From positions 1-28,879 of the IMG/VR virus record IMGVR_UViG_3300037465_000444: a DNA stretch of 28,879 nt; one strand, given 5' to 3'. Every line of letters starts with the position of its first letter. Positions within the stretch are counted from its first letter, which is position 1. The notes under the pieces are model-generated. The model was not told the origin of the DNA, searched no databases, and worked only from the letters and a program-made list of their open reading frames with translations. The position numbers were made by a program, and so were the translations under genes. The DNA is from a virus (lineage: Duplodnaviria > Caudoviricetes). Below, one piece after another: positions 17,331-26,635 of the stretch.

Positions 17331-17511
17331 GCCGAAGCCGCGGCTTAGTCTATCGCCGCGGCGCTGCCTACGCTGCCAGGACGAGTTCCTTAGCCACGGG
17401 CCGGGCAACCGCATCTGCGGGCGCTGCGCCGCGCGGGCCTTAGGCAACTATAAGGTCGAGAACGGGCGATGCGGCCGCTGCTATAAGAAGTCTACGGACC
17501 TCACGCCATGA
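17245..17511 (+). CDS. Small Zn-finger protein overlapping the portal 3' end
   Basis: [21 protein letters not shown] plus CGRC; SD AAGGAG; stop overlaps the MuF ATG. Confidence 0.6.
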   Translation: MENQPTKMWRATVKETTTSGKKKPKVYRKPKPRLSLSPRRCLRCQDEFLSHGPGNRICGRCAARALGNYKVENGRCGRCYKKSTDLTP

Positions 17512-20500
17512 TCACGTTGAATCTGCGTAGGTCTTTCAATGCGTTCTGCCCTACGGGAAAGGGTGGGGGCGTTGATCCTACGTGCTCGCCCGGTATGTCT
17601 CCGGCGGTTAGGGACTCCGTCATGAGGTCACAGGACTTGGAGCGGGCCGGTCTTAGCTCGCGGACCGCCGTGGACGCCGGACTAAAAGAGCTAAAGAGGA
17701 TAATGGCCGGCCTCGACATGCGGCGCGTAAAAAGGGCGGCGTTTGCTTATCGTCGTGCGTCCCAAGCGATCGCCGACGCTTCACGGGGCGGAACGGTCGA
17801 GCTTCGGCGCGCGGTCGAGGCGGTGCGCGATCTAAAATCTTGGTCGGGGGGGTCGCCGGACCTAAGCGCATTCAAGATCAGCGGTCGAGTGATGAACGCC
17901 GCCCGCGCCGGCCGCCCCAACCCCCTACGCGCCGATCCCTCGCGAACGGCCGGCGAGCGCCGCGCGTTCGTAGCCGACCTTCGGCGGCGCTTCGCCGGGG
18001 TCAAGAAGGCTCTGCGAGAGCTCATCGTACGGGAGGATGCGTTTGGCCTCGTAACAACCAATACCCGCTGGAAGTTCTATTCCTCGGCCGAGCAGTTAAG
18101 AGCGTTCCGTAAATGGCTCGCCGCGCAGATGAAAGTACACGGGTTGTTGTTTGACCACGACGAGGACGAGTGGTGGCGGCGGTACATAGAGCAGACATAC
18201 CGCAAGGGTGCGGGCCGCGCGTTCGACGACGCCAACGCGGCCTGGAAGCGAAGGGCCGGGTCCAAGGGCCGGCTTGACTTCTACGAGGGTACCCGCGAGC
18301 AGTTCCTGCGCAGCTCGTTTAACCGCCCGGCCGCCGTCGCCAAGGTCAAGACGTTGGCGGCGCGGACGTATACCGACTTGAAGGGGCTCTCGGACGAGAT
18401 GGCGACGCGCACGGCGCGCGTCCTGGTCGACGGCATGATCGCGGGCAAGCATCCGCGGGAGATCGCCAAGGAATTAGAGCGCCAGCTCGACGTTTCGGAG
18501 AAGCGGGCCGAGACGATCGCCAGGACCGAGGTCATCCGCGCCCACGCGGAAGGGCAGTTGGAAGCACTCGGCGCGCTGGGTATCGAAGAGGTCGGCGTAG
18601 CGGTCGAGTGGTCCACGGCCGGGGACGACCGCGTCTGCAATCTATGTGAGCCGATGGAGGGCGTCGTACTCTCGCTCGACGAGGCCCGCAAGGCGCCGAT
18701 CCCACGCCACCCGCAGTGCCGGTGCGCCTGGTTGCCCGCGAACGTGGGCGAGGAGCCGGCGGGCAAGACTACGCGGCGCGCCATCGAGGCGGCCATCGAG
18801 CGCTCGTCGGAGCGGGGCGATGACGGCTGGGCCGACGAGGTTAAGATCAAAAGTAGACGACCAAAGTCAATCTTCAACCAAGCAAGCGGCGACGCTCGGT
18901 TCGACCGCGTGCTGCGCAACGCGGCGGAGGGCGCTAAGGCGTGGGAGTTGCTAGGAAACGTCTTCTGTCCTACGGGAGAAGGGGGCGGGGTTGATCCGAC
19001 TTGTTCGCCGGCGGTTGGCTCGTCCGCTGCGGACGTGCTCGCCGCCAAGGCCGGCGACCGCGAGGCTATGGAGCGCGTCGTCGAACAGAACCAGGGCCTC
19101 GTACGCAAGCTGGCGCGTAAATACGCTAAGGGAGACGCCGCCCTGCGCGACGACCTAATTTCGGAGGGCAACCTCGGGCTAATCCGGGCTATCGAGAAAT
19201 TCGACGAATCCAAGGGCGTCAAGTTTGTAACCTACGCCCACCAATGGATTAGCGGCATGCAGCGTAACGAAGTCCGACGCCAGGGCAAGGGGCGGGCGAG
19301 GGCGGGCGAGCTGAAGCAAGACCTCGAAGACACGAGCGGCGGCACGCACGCGGCCGACGAAGCTAGGGCACGAGTGCGAGAATCTCTCCGGTCGCTCGAC
19401 GCCCGCTCGGCCGATATTCTCTCCGCGAGCTACGGCCTCGGCGGCGGCGAGGCGCAGACGCACCGCGAGATAGCCGCTCGCTTGGGGATCACGCCCGCCC
19501 GCGTCGGGCAGATCGAGAAGGCCGCGCTAGCGAAGCTACGCGAGCTGGAACCCGTCGCGGCGAACCTACTGGCAAATGTGTTCTGTCCTACGGGACCGGG
19601 GGGCGGAGTCGATCCAACGTGCTCGCCGACGAGCGGCAAGGATAAGGCTGCAAAAGAGATACACGAGAAGGCAAACAGCATCTCGTTTTCCGATATGGTG
19701 CAACGGGGGTCGATAGATCGCGAGGATACGGATGACATCGAAAGAAACCTCTCCGTCGCGGAGGCTCGTAAATTGGAGAAATATCTTGAGGAGAGAGTAA
19801 CGTATTATATGGATCAATTTGAGCCGGACATAGATCGCAACGCAGTAGTGGAATATGTAGCGGATCAGAACACGGTTGCCGTGGAGATGGATAAACTCAT
19901 AAAAAAGTACGGTGGGGACCGCGCAAGCGAGTTGTTGGAAGAAGCCGAGAACTGGTTTCTCGAGAGCAACGCGAACGGCGCGGACGCGGTGGACGAGTTG
20001 CGCAACCGCCTTAACGGCTTGGATTACGGCGTCCCGGAGCATCTCGACGCAGCGCTGCAGTCTTATCGCGACGATATTGATAAACGCGTTGACGAGGCGG
20101 TAGAGGAGGAAGAGAGTATACTGCGAGAGGAGCATCGCGACAGCGTCAAGCGCGGCGACGCCATTGCCGAAGACCGCGTTCGATGGCTGCGGAACTTTTA
20201 CGATTCGCACGCGGAACAGTTCCAGGACTTGCCGGAAAAGACTTGGGTCTTAAATAAAAACGGCAACCGCGTGCTGCGCTTTACCACTTCGAGCGGTGCG
20301 GAATACAATATTTTCGCATCGCCGCACGGACATTACACCGGGCGGCCGATCGTAGAGATCGGATTCTCGGATAAGGAAGGGTCGTTCGGAATCACCGGTG
20401 CGGGCGGCGCACACGAAGTGTTTTCAAACGTGATCGCCGCGACCGTGGCCTATGTTAAGAAGTATGACCCGGACGTGATCACGTTTACGGCCGCCGAGAG

Positions 20501-20741
20501 GTCGCGCCGTCGTCTTTACGACCGTGTAGTTAAAACCGTGGCCGCCGTAATGCCGGACTATTTCGCTGGCTATAGCGACAATAGGGATAGAGGGCGCTCG
20601 CGCCGTTATTTAATAGCCAAGCGCAAGGTAAAGGACGACGTAATTGCGCTGGCGAGGGCCGAAGACCCGGAGTTCGGCGTTCTCGTGAATTTGGAAAGCG
20701 GTATTGCGGCGGAGTATTTTGACAGGCGTCGCAGCGTTTAA
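17508..20741 (+). CDS. MuF (SPP1 gp7-like) minor head protein fused to several extra domains, including a sigma-70 factor domain
   Basis: MuF core about 17919-18737 ([36 protein letters not shown]). Sigma domain about 19011-19574 ([40 protein letters not shown]; T.REIA..LGIT..RV.QIE..AL.KLR). Confidence 0.88.
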   Translation: MITLNLRRSFNAFCPTGKGGGVDPTCSPGMSPAVRDSVMRSQDLERAGLSSRTAVDAGLKELKRIMAGLDMRRVKRAAFAYRRASQAIADASRGGTVELRRAVEAVRDLKSWSGGSPDLSAFKISGRVMNAARAGRPNPLRADPSRTAGERRAFVADLRRRFAGVKKALRELIVREDAFGLVTTNTRWKFYSSAEQLRAFRKWLAAQMKVHGLLFDHDEDEWWRRYIEQTYRKGAGRAFDDANAAWKRRAGSKGRLDFYEGTREQFLRSSFNRPAAVAKVKTLAARTYTDLKGLSDEMATRTARVLVDGMIAGKHPREIAKELERQLDVSEKRAETIARTEVIRAHAEGQLEALGALGIEEVGVAVEWSTAGDDRVCNLCEPMEGVVLSLDEARKAPIPRHPQCRCAWLPANVGEEPAGKTTRRAIEAAIERSSERGDDGWADEVKIKSRRPKSIFNQASGDARFDRVLRNAAEGAKAWELLGNVFCPTGEGGGVDPTCSPAVGSSAADVLAAKAGDREAMERVVEQNQGLVRKLARKYAKGDAALRDDLISEGNLGLIRAIEKFDESKGVKFVTYAHQWISGMQRNEVRRQGKGRARAGELKQDLEDTSGGTHAADEARARVRESLRSLDARSADILSASYGLGGGEAQTHREIAARLGITPARVGQIEKAALAKLRELEPVAANLLANVFCPTGPGGGVDPTCSPTSGKDKAAKEIHEKANSISFSDMVQRGSIDREDTDDIERNLSVAEARKLEKYLEERVTYYMDQFEPDIDRNAVVEYVADQNTVAVEMDKLIKKYGGDRASELLEEAENWFLESNANGADAVDELRNRLNGLDYGVPEHLDAALQSYRDDIDKRVDEAVEEEESILREEHRDSVKRGDAIAEDRVRWLRNFYDSHAEQFQDLPEKTWVLNKNGNRVLRFTTSSGAEYNIFASPHGHYTGRPIVEIGFSDKEGSFGITGAGGAHEVFSNVIAATVAYVKKYDPDVITFTAAERSRRRLYDRVVKTVAAVMPDYFAGYSDNRDRGRSRRYLIAKRKVKDDVIALARAEDPEFGVLVNLESGIAAEYFDRRRSV
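17538..17591 (+). repeat. Peptide repeat copy 1, [18 protein letters not shown]
   Basis: Peptide conserved, synonymous sites diverged between copies. Confidence 0.95.
18957..19010 (+). repeat. Peptide repeat copy 2, [18 protein letters not shown]
   Basis: Immediately precedes the sigma-70 domain. Confidence 0.95.
19575..19628 (+). repeat. Peptide repeat copy 3, [18 protein letters not shown]
   Basis: Follows the sigma domain and precedes the last domain. Confidence 0.95.
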
Positions 20742-20759
20742 TTTTTCCTACAACGCTAA

Positions 20760-21017
20760 ATGGCCGGCGACCACTTTACCCCCACCGAGCAGCGATTCCT
20801 CGCCCTCCTAAGCGACGGCCTGCCGCACGATCGCCGCGAACTGCACAGCCTCTTATGGGACGAATATAGCGAGCTGTCGGCGATCCAGGTCCATCTCTCG
20901 AACATCCGCAAGCGGTTACGACCGCGCGGCGAGGATATAATCTGCGAACTGCACGCGCGTACGATTAAATATCGCTGGGTTCGCCTGATCCAAGGGGCTT
21001 CCACGGCTACGTCCTAG
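20760..21017 (+). CDS. Stand-alone OmpR/PhoB-type winged-helix DNA-binding protein
   Basis: FTPTEQRFLALL...RRELHSLLW...AIQVHLSNIRKRL matches the OmpR C-terminal pattern; no receiver domain. Confidence 0.75.
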   Translation: MAGDHFTPTEQRFLALLSDGLPHDRRELHSLLWDEYSELSAIQVHLSNIRKRLRPRGEDIICELHARTIKYRWVRLIQGASTATS

Positions 21018-21090
21018 CTTTTTAGCCTCTCTCTTAAACCCGCCGCGGCCGGGCTTTTCTTTACCGTCCCGCCGGTTTTTAATTCTTCGT

Positions 21091-22848
21091 ATGGAATACG
21101 TAGCGGCCAACGCCGCCGGCGAGAAGCCGGCTCTACGGATCAGAAACGGACGCGAGTACCTGGTCTTGCCCATTACGATCTTTCCGCCCGGCGGCGGCGT
21201 GATGAATGGCAGTAAGGGGCCGCTCTACTATCCCGCGAGCGTCTGCGCGGCCAACGTCGGGGCCTGGAACGACGTTCCGCTCACGGGCCGGCACCCGCAG
21301 TCGCCGGACGGCGGGCACGTGTCGGCTAACGACGCGGGCGTGCTCGACGAGCAGGGCCTAGGGTTCCTAGCCAACGACCGCCTGGAGAACGGCCGGCGGC
21401 GCGTCGACGGCTGGTTCGACGTGGCGGCCTGTAAGAACTACGACGCCAAGAACGGTACGGCGATCCTCGCCAGCGCTCAGCGCGGCGATCTCCAGGAGGT
21501 GTCGACCGGCCTTATGACCGACGACCGCCGTGCCGAGAACGGGGCCTCTTGGAACGGCCGACCCTACACGGCGGTCGTTGCCGGCTGGACGCCCGATCAT
21601 CTCGCCGTGCTACCCGACCAGAAGGGCGCGTGTTCCGTGGCCGACGGTTGCGGCGTCAACAACGCCGACCACGAGCATCATTGCGCCGAGTGCGAGGGCA
21701 AGCCCGAATCCGATCACTGTGACAAGTGTAAGGATATAAAGGCAAACGCCGGCCGCTACGGCAACCCCCAGTCGCAGAACACCGGCAAGTTTAAGCGCCA
21801 CGGCAGCGGAACCGGCAAGGGCGACCCGCACGACGCGGCACAGCGCGGCGCGATGGTCCTGACCGAGCGCGACCGCGAGTTGGGCGCGGACGCCAAGCTG
21901 CAAGCCGACGAGGGGCGCAACCCCGCCGCTTGGGTCGCCGACGAGGCTGTCTGGGATCGGGCCAAGGAGGCGGCCGATAAGGGCGGTTATGACGGCGAGA
22001 CGTATTGGGCCGCCGTTACGCACATCTACAAGAATATGGGCGGGGCCATCGCCGGCAATGCCTTTTGTCCGACGGGTGATGACGGTAGCGCTAATAAAAT
22101 CCTTTTGACGGTTAACGCAGGAGAACAAGACATGATTTTGAACGAGAAGCAGCGGGCGACGATCGTGACCGAGTTGACGGCCAACTGCGCCTGCTGGCGC
22201 GGCGGGGCCGAAGTGCTCAACGAGATGGCGGACGAGCGGCTCTTGGCCGTCGCCAAGGCGCACAAGGAGGCGACGGAGAACGCGGCGGTGGCCGACGCGG
22301 TGAAGGAAGCGCTCAAGCCGCCGGCGACGCTGTCGATCAACGAGATGCCCGCATTTATCAAGGAGAAGATCGCGGCCAAGGAGGAAGAGGAGGACGATAA
22401 GAAGAATCCCGCCGAGAACATGGACGAAGAAGAGGACGAGGAAGACGAAAAGAAGCCCGCGGCGAACGCGAAGTCGGCCGAGCAGTGGTTGGCCGAAGCG
22501 CCCGCCGAAATCCGTACGGCCGTGGCCAACGCGATGGCCTTAGAGAAGCGGGAGAAGCAAGCCCTGGTCGGCCGGCTGACGGCGAACGTCGCCGACGGCA
22601 AGGCGCGCGGCCGCTTAACCGTCGAGCTGGGTAAGAAGACCCTAAACGAGCTGCGCGACCTGGCGCTGTTGGTCCCGGCCGCCGCCCCGGCGCGCAACGA
22701 AGCGCCGCCTCCCGACTACAGCGGTCTGGGGATCGGCGAACCGACGGAGAACGCGGCGGACGACGACGGCGACATCCTGGAGATTCCGACGATCAACTGG
22801 GCCGCCGAGGCGGCTTCGCGGCGGCGCGAGACGGCACGAACGGCGTAG
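21091..22848 (+). CDS. Prohead protease/scaffold (DUF2213-type)
   Basis: GVMNG, WNDVPLT..HP, EVSTG, PDHLAVLPDQKGACSVADGCG, then an acidic low-complexity helical scaffold; upstream of decoration and capsid genes. Confidence 0.78.
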   Translation: MEYVAANAAGEKPALRIRNGREYLVLPITIFPPGGGVMNGSKGPLYYPASVCAANVGAWNDVPLTGRHPQSPDGGHVSANDAGVLDEQGLGFLANDRLENGRRRVDGWFDVAACKNYDAKNGTAILASAQRGDLQEVSTGLMTDDRRAENGASWNGRPYTAVVAGWTPDHLAVLPDQKGACSVADGCGVNNADHEHHCAECEGKPESDHCDKCKDIKANAGRYGNPQSQNTGKFKRHGSGTGKGDPHDAAQRGAMVLTERDRELGADAKLQADEGRNPAAWVADEAVWDRAKEAADKGGYDGETYWAAVTHIYKNMGGAIAGNAFCPTGDDGSANKILLTVNAGEQDMILNEKQRATIVTELTANCACWRGGAEVLNEMADERLLAVAKAHKEATENAAVADAVKEALKPPATLSINEMPAFIKEKIAAKEEEEDDKKNPAENMDEEEDEEDEKKPAANAKSAEQWLAEAPAEIRTAVANAMALEKREKQALVGRLTANVADGKARGRLTVELGKKTLNELRDLALLVPAAAPARNEAPPPDYSGLGIGEPTENAADDDGDILEIPTINWAAEAASRRRETARTA

Positions 22849-22935
22849 GGGTTGCCGATGCGCACGGGGGCTTGTCGCCCGCCGTGTGGGCCAGTGTACC
22901 CGTACCCCCGCGCAACAACTTAGGAGGCTTTTGAT

Positions 22936-23424
22936 ATGGCACGCGGCAACGAGATTATCGTGACGGCGAACCCAAAGGGCAACTTCCTGGAGGGTAAGAT
23001 CGCGGCGGGCGAGACGCCCAAGCCGGGCACCATCCTCCAGATCGACCCTTCGGCGGCGCTGGAGGGCGGTCGGCACACCTGGAAAGTCTACAACCGCGAC
23101 GCCGACGGCGATCGCCCGGCCGGCCCGTTCGCGGTGCTCCTGGCCGATTCGTTCCAGGGCAAGACGGCGACCGACGCTTACGCGGCCGGGGACCGCTGCT
23201 TTCTCTACTGCCCGCTGCCCGGCGACGAGGTCAACCTCCTGTTCGCCAACGCGGCGGGTACGGCGGACGATATCGCGCTCGGCGACATCATGATCGTCGA
23301 CGACGGTACGGGCAAGGTGGTCAAAACGACGGGCAGCCCGGAGACCGAGGTGGCCGTCTCGCTGGAGGCGTACACCGACCCGACGGCCGATAAGCTGCTC
23401 TGGTGTATGTGGTCGGGCCACTAA
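22936..23424 (+). CDS. Head decoration/cement protein
   Basis: SD TAGGAGG; between scaffold and capsid; KPG, DAYAAGD, GD.....GTGK pattern. Confidence 0.7.
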   Translation: MARGNEIIVTANPKGNFLEGKIAAGETPKPGTILQIDPSAALEGGRHTWKVYNRDADGDRPAGPFAVLLADSFQGKTATDAYAAGDRCFLYCPLPGDEVNLLFANAAGTADDIALGDIMIVDDGTGKVVKTTGSPETEVAVSLEAYTDPTADKLLWCMWSGH

Positions 23425-23465
23425 AACGAAAACCGTTTGGACGGACAACGAAAAGGAGAAACGCA

Positions 23466-24689
23466 ATGCCTCTTTTGGACAACTTCATTCCGACGGCGGG
23501 GCACGGTTACGGCGGCGGCGTCGTTGATACGGTCGGCAACGGCTTCGACCCCGGCCTGTACCGTCCGTACCTGGACGACCGTGGCCGTCCGTCGGTCGTG
23601 GTGAACACCGGCCAGTGGACGGTCGAGAAGGGCGTCCGGACGCCGATCCGGCGCAAGCAGCTCGTACGCGACCTAGCGGCCGCGGGCCGGCCGCTGCCGC
23701 CGGTGGTCAACGCGACCAGCCTGCGCAAGGAGGAGTGGATCGAGCTGGACTCGGTGGTGCTTCGCGCCGCCCGCCAGCGGCTGCGGGCCTGGGCCGACCT
23801 CGCGGCGGCCAACTCGTTCGGCGGCTTCAACGGCATGGCCAAGCTAACGCTGGAGTACGAGGCCATGAGCGACCCCGGCGAGGCCGTGGTGGACTTCGAC
23901 GGCCTGACGGACGGGCGAGCCGACTCGCCGCTCTTCAAGCTACGCTCGCTGCCCCTGCCGATTACCCACTCCGATTTCTGGTTCTCGGAGCGCCGGCTGG
24001 CTGTGTCGCGCAACACCGGCACGCCGCTCGACACGACGATGGCCGAGGCGGCCGGACGTCGGGTGGCCGAGACGATCGAGAAAACGACGATCGGCGTATC
24101 CGGTGGTTTCTCCGGCCTAGCCTACGGCGCGCAGACGGCGGGCGTAACGGCCCACGACGCCGCCGCGGCCGACGACGGCCACGGCGCGGCCTTGGGGGCC
24201 TCGACGGTCTACGGGTATACGACATACCCGCACCGCTTTACAAAAACAAACATGACCGTACCGACCGGGTCGAATCCGGAGGCGACGGTGGCCGACGTGC
24301 TGGCGATGCGCAACACGCTGTACAACAGCGGCAAATTCTACGGTCCGTTCATGGTGTACCACTCGACCGACTGGGACCAATGGTTGGACAACGACTACGC
24401 CCGGCTCGGCGGATCGAACGCGAACATGACGCTGCGCGACCGGCTGCGCGCGATCGAGGGCATCCAGGACGTGCGCCGCTTGGACTTCCTGACCTCGACG
24501 TATACGATGGTTCTGGTTCAGATGACGGCCGACGTGGCCCGCGCCGTCAACGGCATGGATATCACGACGGTGCAGTGGGAGTCGGTGGGCGGAATGCGTA
24601 AGAACTTTAAAGTGATGGCGATCCAGGTGCCGCAGATTCGCTCGGATTATGCGGGCAACTGCGGCATCCTGCACGGGACTACCGCGTAA
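23466..24689 (+). CDS. Major capsid protein (HK97 fold, encapsulin/linocin-like)
   Basis: SD AAGGAG; LRKEEWIELD..V...A..RL...ADL, PLPITHSDF....R.L..SR....PLDT, YGYT..P, YGPF, PQIRSD...CGI.H; position in head module. Confidence 0.85.
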   Translation: MPLLDNFIPTAGHGYGGGVVDTVGNGFDPGLYRPYLDDRGRPSVVVNTGQWTVEKGVRTPIRRKQLVRDLAAAGRPLPPVVNATSLRKEEWIELDSVVLRAARQRLRAWADLAAANSFGGFNGMAKLTLEYEAMSDPGEAVVDFDGLTDGRADSPLFKLRSLPLPITHSDFWFSERRLAVSRNTGTPLDTTMAEAAGRRVAETIEKTTIGVSGGFSGLAYGAQTAGVTAHDAAAADDGHGAALGASTVYGYTTYPHRFTKTNMTVPTGSNPEATVADVLAMRNTLYNSGKFYGPFMVYHSTDWDQWLDNDYARLGGSNANMTLRDRLRAIEGIQDVRRLDFLTSTYTMVLVQMTADVARAVNGMDITTVQWESVGGMRKNFKVMAIQVPQIRSDYAGNCGILHGTTA

Positions 24690-24736
24690 CGCGGCGGCGA
24701 CGAAACCCTCCTGTTGGTAGTGGGTGTTCGCGGCCG

Positions 24737-24784
24737 GGCCGGGGCGCGGTCCTTAACGGTGCGGGAGCGCCCCCGGCCTGTTTT
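24737..24784 (+). terminator. Possible terminator after the capsid gene
   Basis: ggccggggcgc...gcgcccccggcc followed by tgtttt; large loop. Confidence 0.4.
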
Positions 24785-24809
24785 CAAACGATCAAAGGGA
24801 GCGAAGTAA

Positions 24810-25031
24810 ATGAAGTACCGGATCATGGCGGGCTGCCACGTGGACGATTGCCCGGCGGGCTGCGACGACAAGAGCCACGGGCGCAAGGATCACGTGTACC
24901 GCAAGGGCGAGGTGATCGAGACCGACAAGGACCTGGAGCGGTTCAACGTCCGCCTGCGCGAGGGCGACGAGGGGCCGAAGTTCCAGCGCGTCTACGAGGA
25001 GCCGCCCCGCCCGGCGAAGGCGAAGGCGTAG
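24810..25031 (+). CDS. Small hypothetical protein after the capsid gene
   Basis: SD GGGAG; CHVDDCPAGC..H; YRKGEVIETDKDL. Confidence 0.65.
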   Translation: MKYRIMAGCHVDDCPAGCDDKSHGRKDHVYRKGEVIETDKDLERFNVRLREGDEGPKFQRVYEEPPRPAKAKA

Positions 25032-25073
25032 CCCGAACGAAACAGTTCTAACGCGGGAAGGAGGAAGCGGCTC

Positions 25074-25382
25074 ATGGCCGTGCAACTCAAAGCCCCCACG
25101 TTGTTTAGCGAAACGATCGCCACGGCGAACACCGAGCACGTCATCACGCTGCCGGTGGGCACCAAGCAGTTTAGCTTGGCGGCGCGCACATCGGCGGCCT
25201 TCCGCCTAGCTTTCGTCACGGGCAAGGTGGCGACGCCGGTCGAGCCATACCGCAACGTGGCGGCCGACAGCGAGTACGTCTCGAACCCCAACGCGCCGCT
25301 GCAGGAGACCGCCGACGCCTTGAGGGTCTACGTCGCCAGCGGCACCGCGCCGTTGACGCTCGACGGGGAGGCGTATACATGA
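25074..25382 (+). CDS. Hypothetical beta-rich virion protein
   Basis: SD AAGGAGG; coupled to the fibre gene. Confidence 0.6.
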   Translation: MAVQLKAPTLFSETIATANTEHVITLPVGTKQFSLAARTSAAFRLAFVTGKVATPVEPYRNVAADSEYVSNPNAPLQETADALRVYVASGTAPLTLDGEAYT

Positions 25383-26635
25383 TCATCCGCAGGGGCGGGT
25401 CGCTCGGCAGTACCCTTGAGGTCAGCGAGATCGAATCGCTGGCCAAGGGGTCGCTTATTGCCGGCGACGGTTCCGGTGCGCCTTCTACGCTTGCCGTAGG
25501 GGCGGACAATTCCGTTCTTTGCGCATCGGCTGCTGAATCGGTGGGCCAGAAATGGACGCTTACACCAACGTTGACTAGCATCGGGTGTCCCATAGTGATA
25601 GGCGGTACGGCATCCGACTCCATACTAACGCTGAAAACGACGACCGGCGCTGGTAGCAGCGATGCGATTATCTTTTCAGGCGGTAACAACGGCGCGACCG
25701 AGTTTGGACGGTTTGACTCCGCGGGCCTGAAATTGCTAGGTGGATCGGCTATTAAACCGGCGACTGATTCTGTAACGGCTATTAAGATCGCAAAATCAGA
25801 CGGTACGGTATTCGCCTCTTTCGACAGCACAAATAAGCGGGTAGGAGTAAACACATCAGCGCCGTCCGACGACCTCGATGTGACCGGATTTGCTCGCATT
25901 GGAGACGGCACAAGAGTCTTCCGAGTGTCCCAAAGTGTGGGAAACAATAGTGTAGTGATCGGTTCATTTTCCAACCATCTTCTCGAAATTCGCTCGAACA
26001 ATGCGACTCGCGCGGCGCTAGATACGAACGGTAATTTCATGGTGGGGGGCCATATTACGGCAACGGCGTTTGTAAGCCTCGGCGGCGGCGCCGCCCGCAC
26101 GATCGCGATGGAGCGGCATACTACAACTAATACGGCCGGGAATACGCTAACCGTACAAGCGGGAGGCGCGACTAGCGGCGCGACCGACAAAAACGGCGGC
26201 AACCTGATCCTCGCACCGGGCGCGGCGACCGGCAGCGGCTCGTCGAGCGTACTCATTCAAGCCGTTGCCGCCGGCGGGGCGGGCACGACCGACCGATTAC
26301 CGGCAACCGTGGCCACGTTCGCGGCGACCGGCCTTACGCTGGTCGATGCGTTTAACGTGATCGTCGGTACGACGACTGGCACGAAAATCGGAGTCGCGAC
26401 GACGCAAAAGATTGGGTTTTGGAACGCGACGCCGATAGTACAACCGTCCGGCGCGAATCAGGCCGCACTGACCAATAATACGGGGGGCGTCTACGACGGA
26501 GTGCTTTCCGATATGAGCGGATTCGATACGGTCGGGCTGGATCAGGTGCGCGATAATTTTACCGATATTTTTACGCTGCTCAACGAGATTCGCACGGCGC
26601 TCGTAAACGTGGGAATTATCAAGGGGGCTGCATGA
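25379..26635 (+). CDS. Head or tail fibre-like protein
   Basis: Gly/Thr/Ala-rich; KGSLIAGDG, RVGVNTSAP..LDV.G, KIGFWNATPIVQP; lower GC than flanks. Confidence 0.65.
   Translation: MIIRRGGSLGSTLEVSEIESLAKGSLIAGDGSGAPSTLAVGADNSVLCASAAESVGQKWTLTPTLTSIGCPIVIGGTASDSILTLKTTTGAGSSDAIIFSGGNNGATEFGRFDSAGLKLLGGSAIKPATDSVTAIKIAKSDGTVFASFDSTNKRVGVNTSAPSDDLDVTGFARIGDGTRVFRVSQSVGNNSVVIGSFSNHLLEIRSNNATRAALDTNGNFMVGGHITATAFVSLGGGAARTIAMERHTTTNTAGNTLTVQAGGATSGATDKNGGNLILAPGAATGSGSSSVLIQAVAAGGAGTTDRLPATVATFAATGLTLVDAFNVIVGTTTGTKIGVATTQKIGFWNATPIVQPSGANQAALTNNTGGVYDGVLSDMSGFDTVGLDQVRDNFTDIFTLLNEIRTALVNVGIIKGAA

Noticed and set aside
17538-19628. CPTG repeats as CRISPR, intein or DNA-level mobile element ends
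   Set aside because: Spacing is long and irregular, conservation is at the peptide level, and there are no intein splice motifs or cas genes.
22846-22938. Scaffold and decoration genes are in frame, separated by two TAG codons (possible fusion)
   Set aside because: The second TAG is part of the SD TAGGAGG, the linker does not look protein-like, and same-frame adjacency has a one-in-three chance.
23466-24689. Cellular encapsulin or linocin bacteriocin
   Set aside because: Context with portal, protease, decoration and neck genes shows it is the phage major capsid protein.
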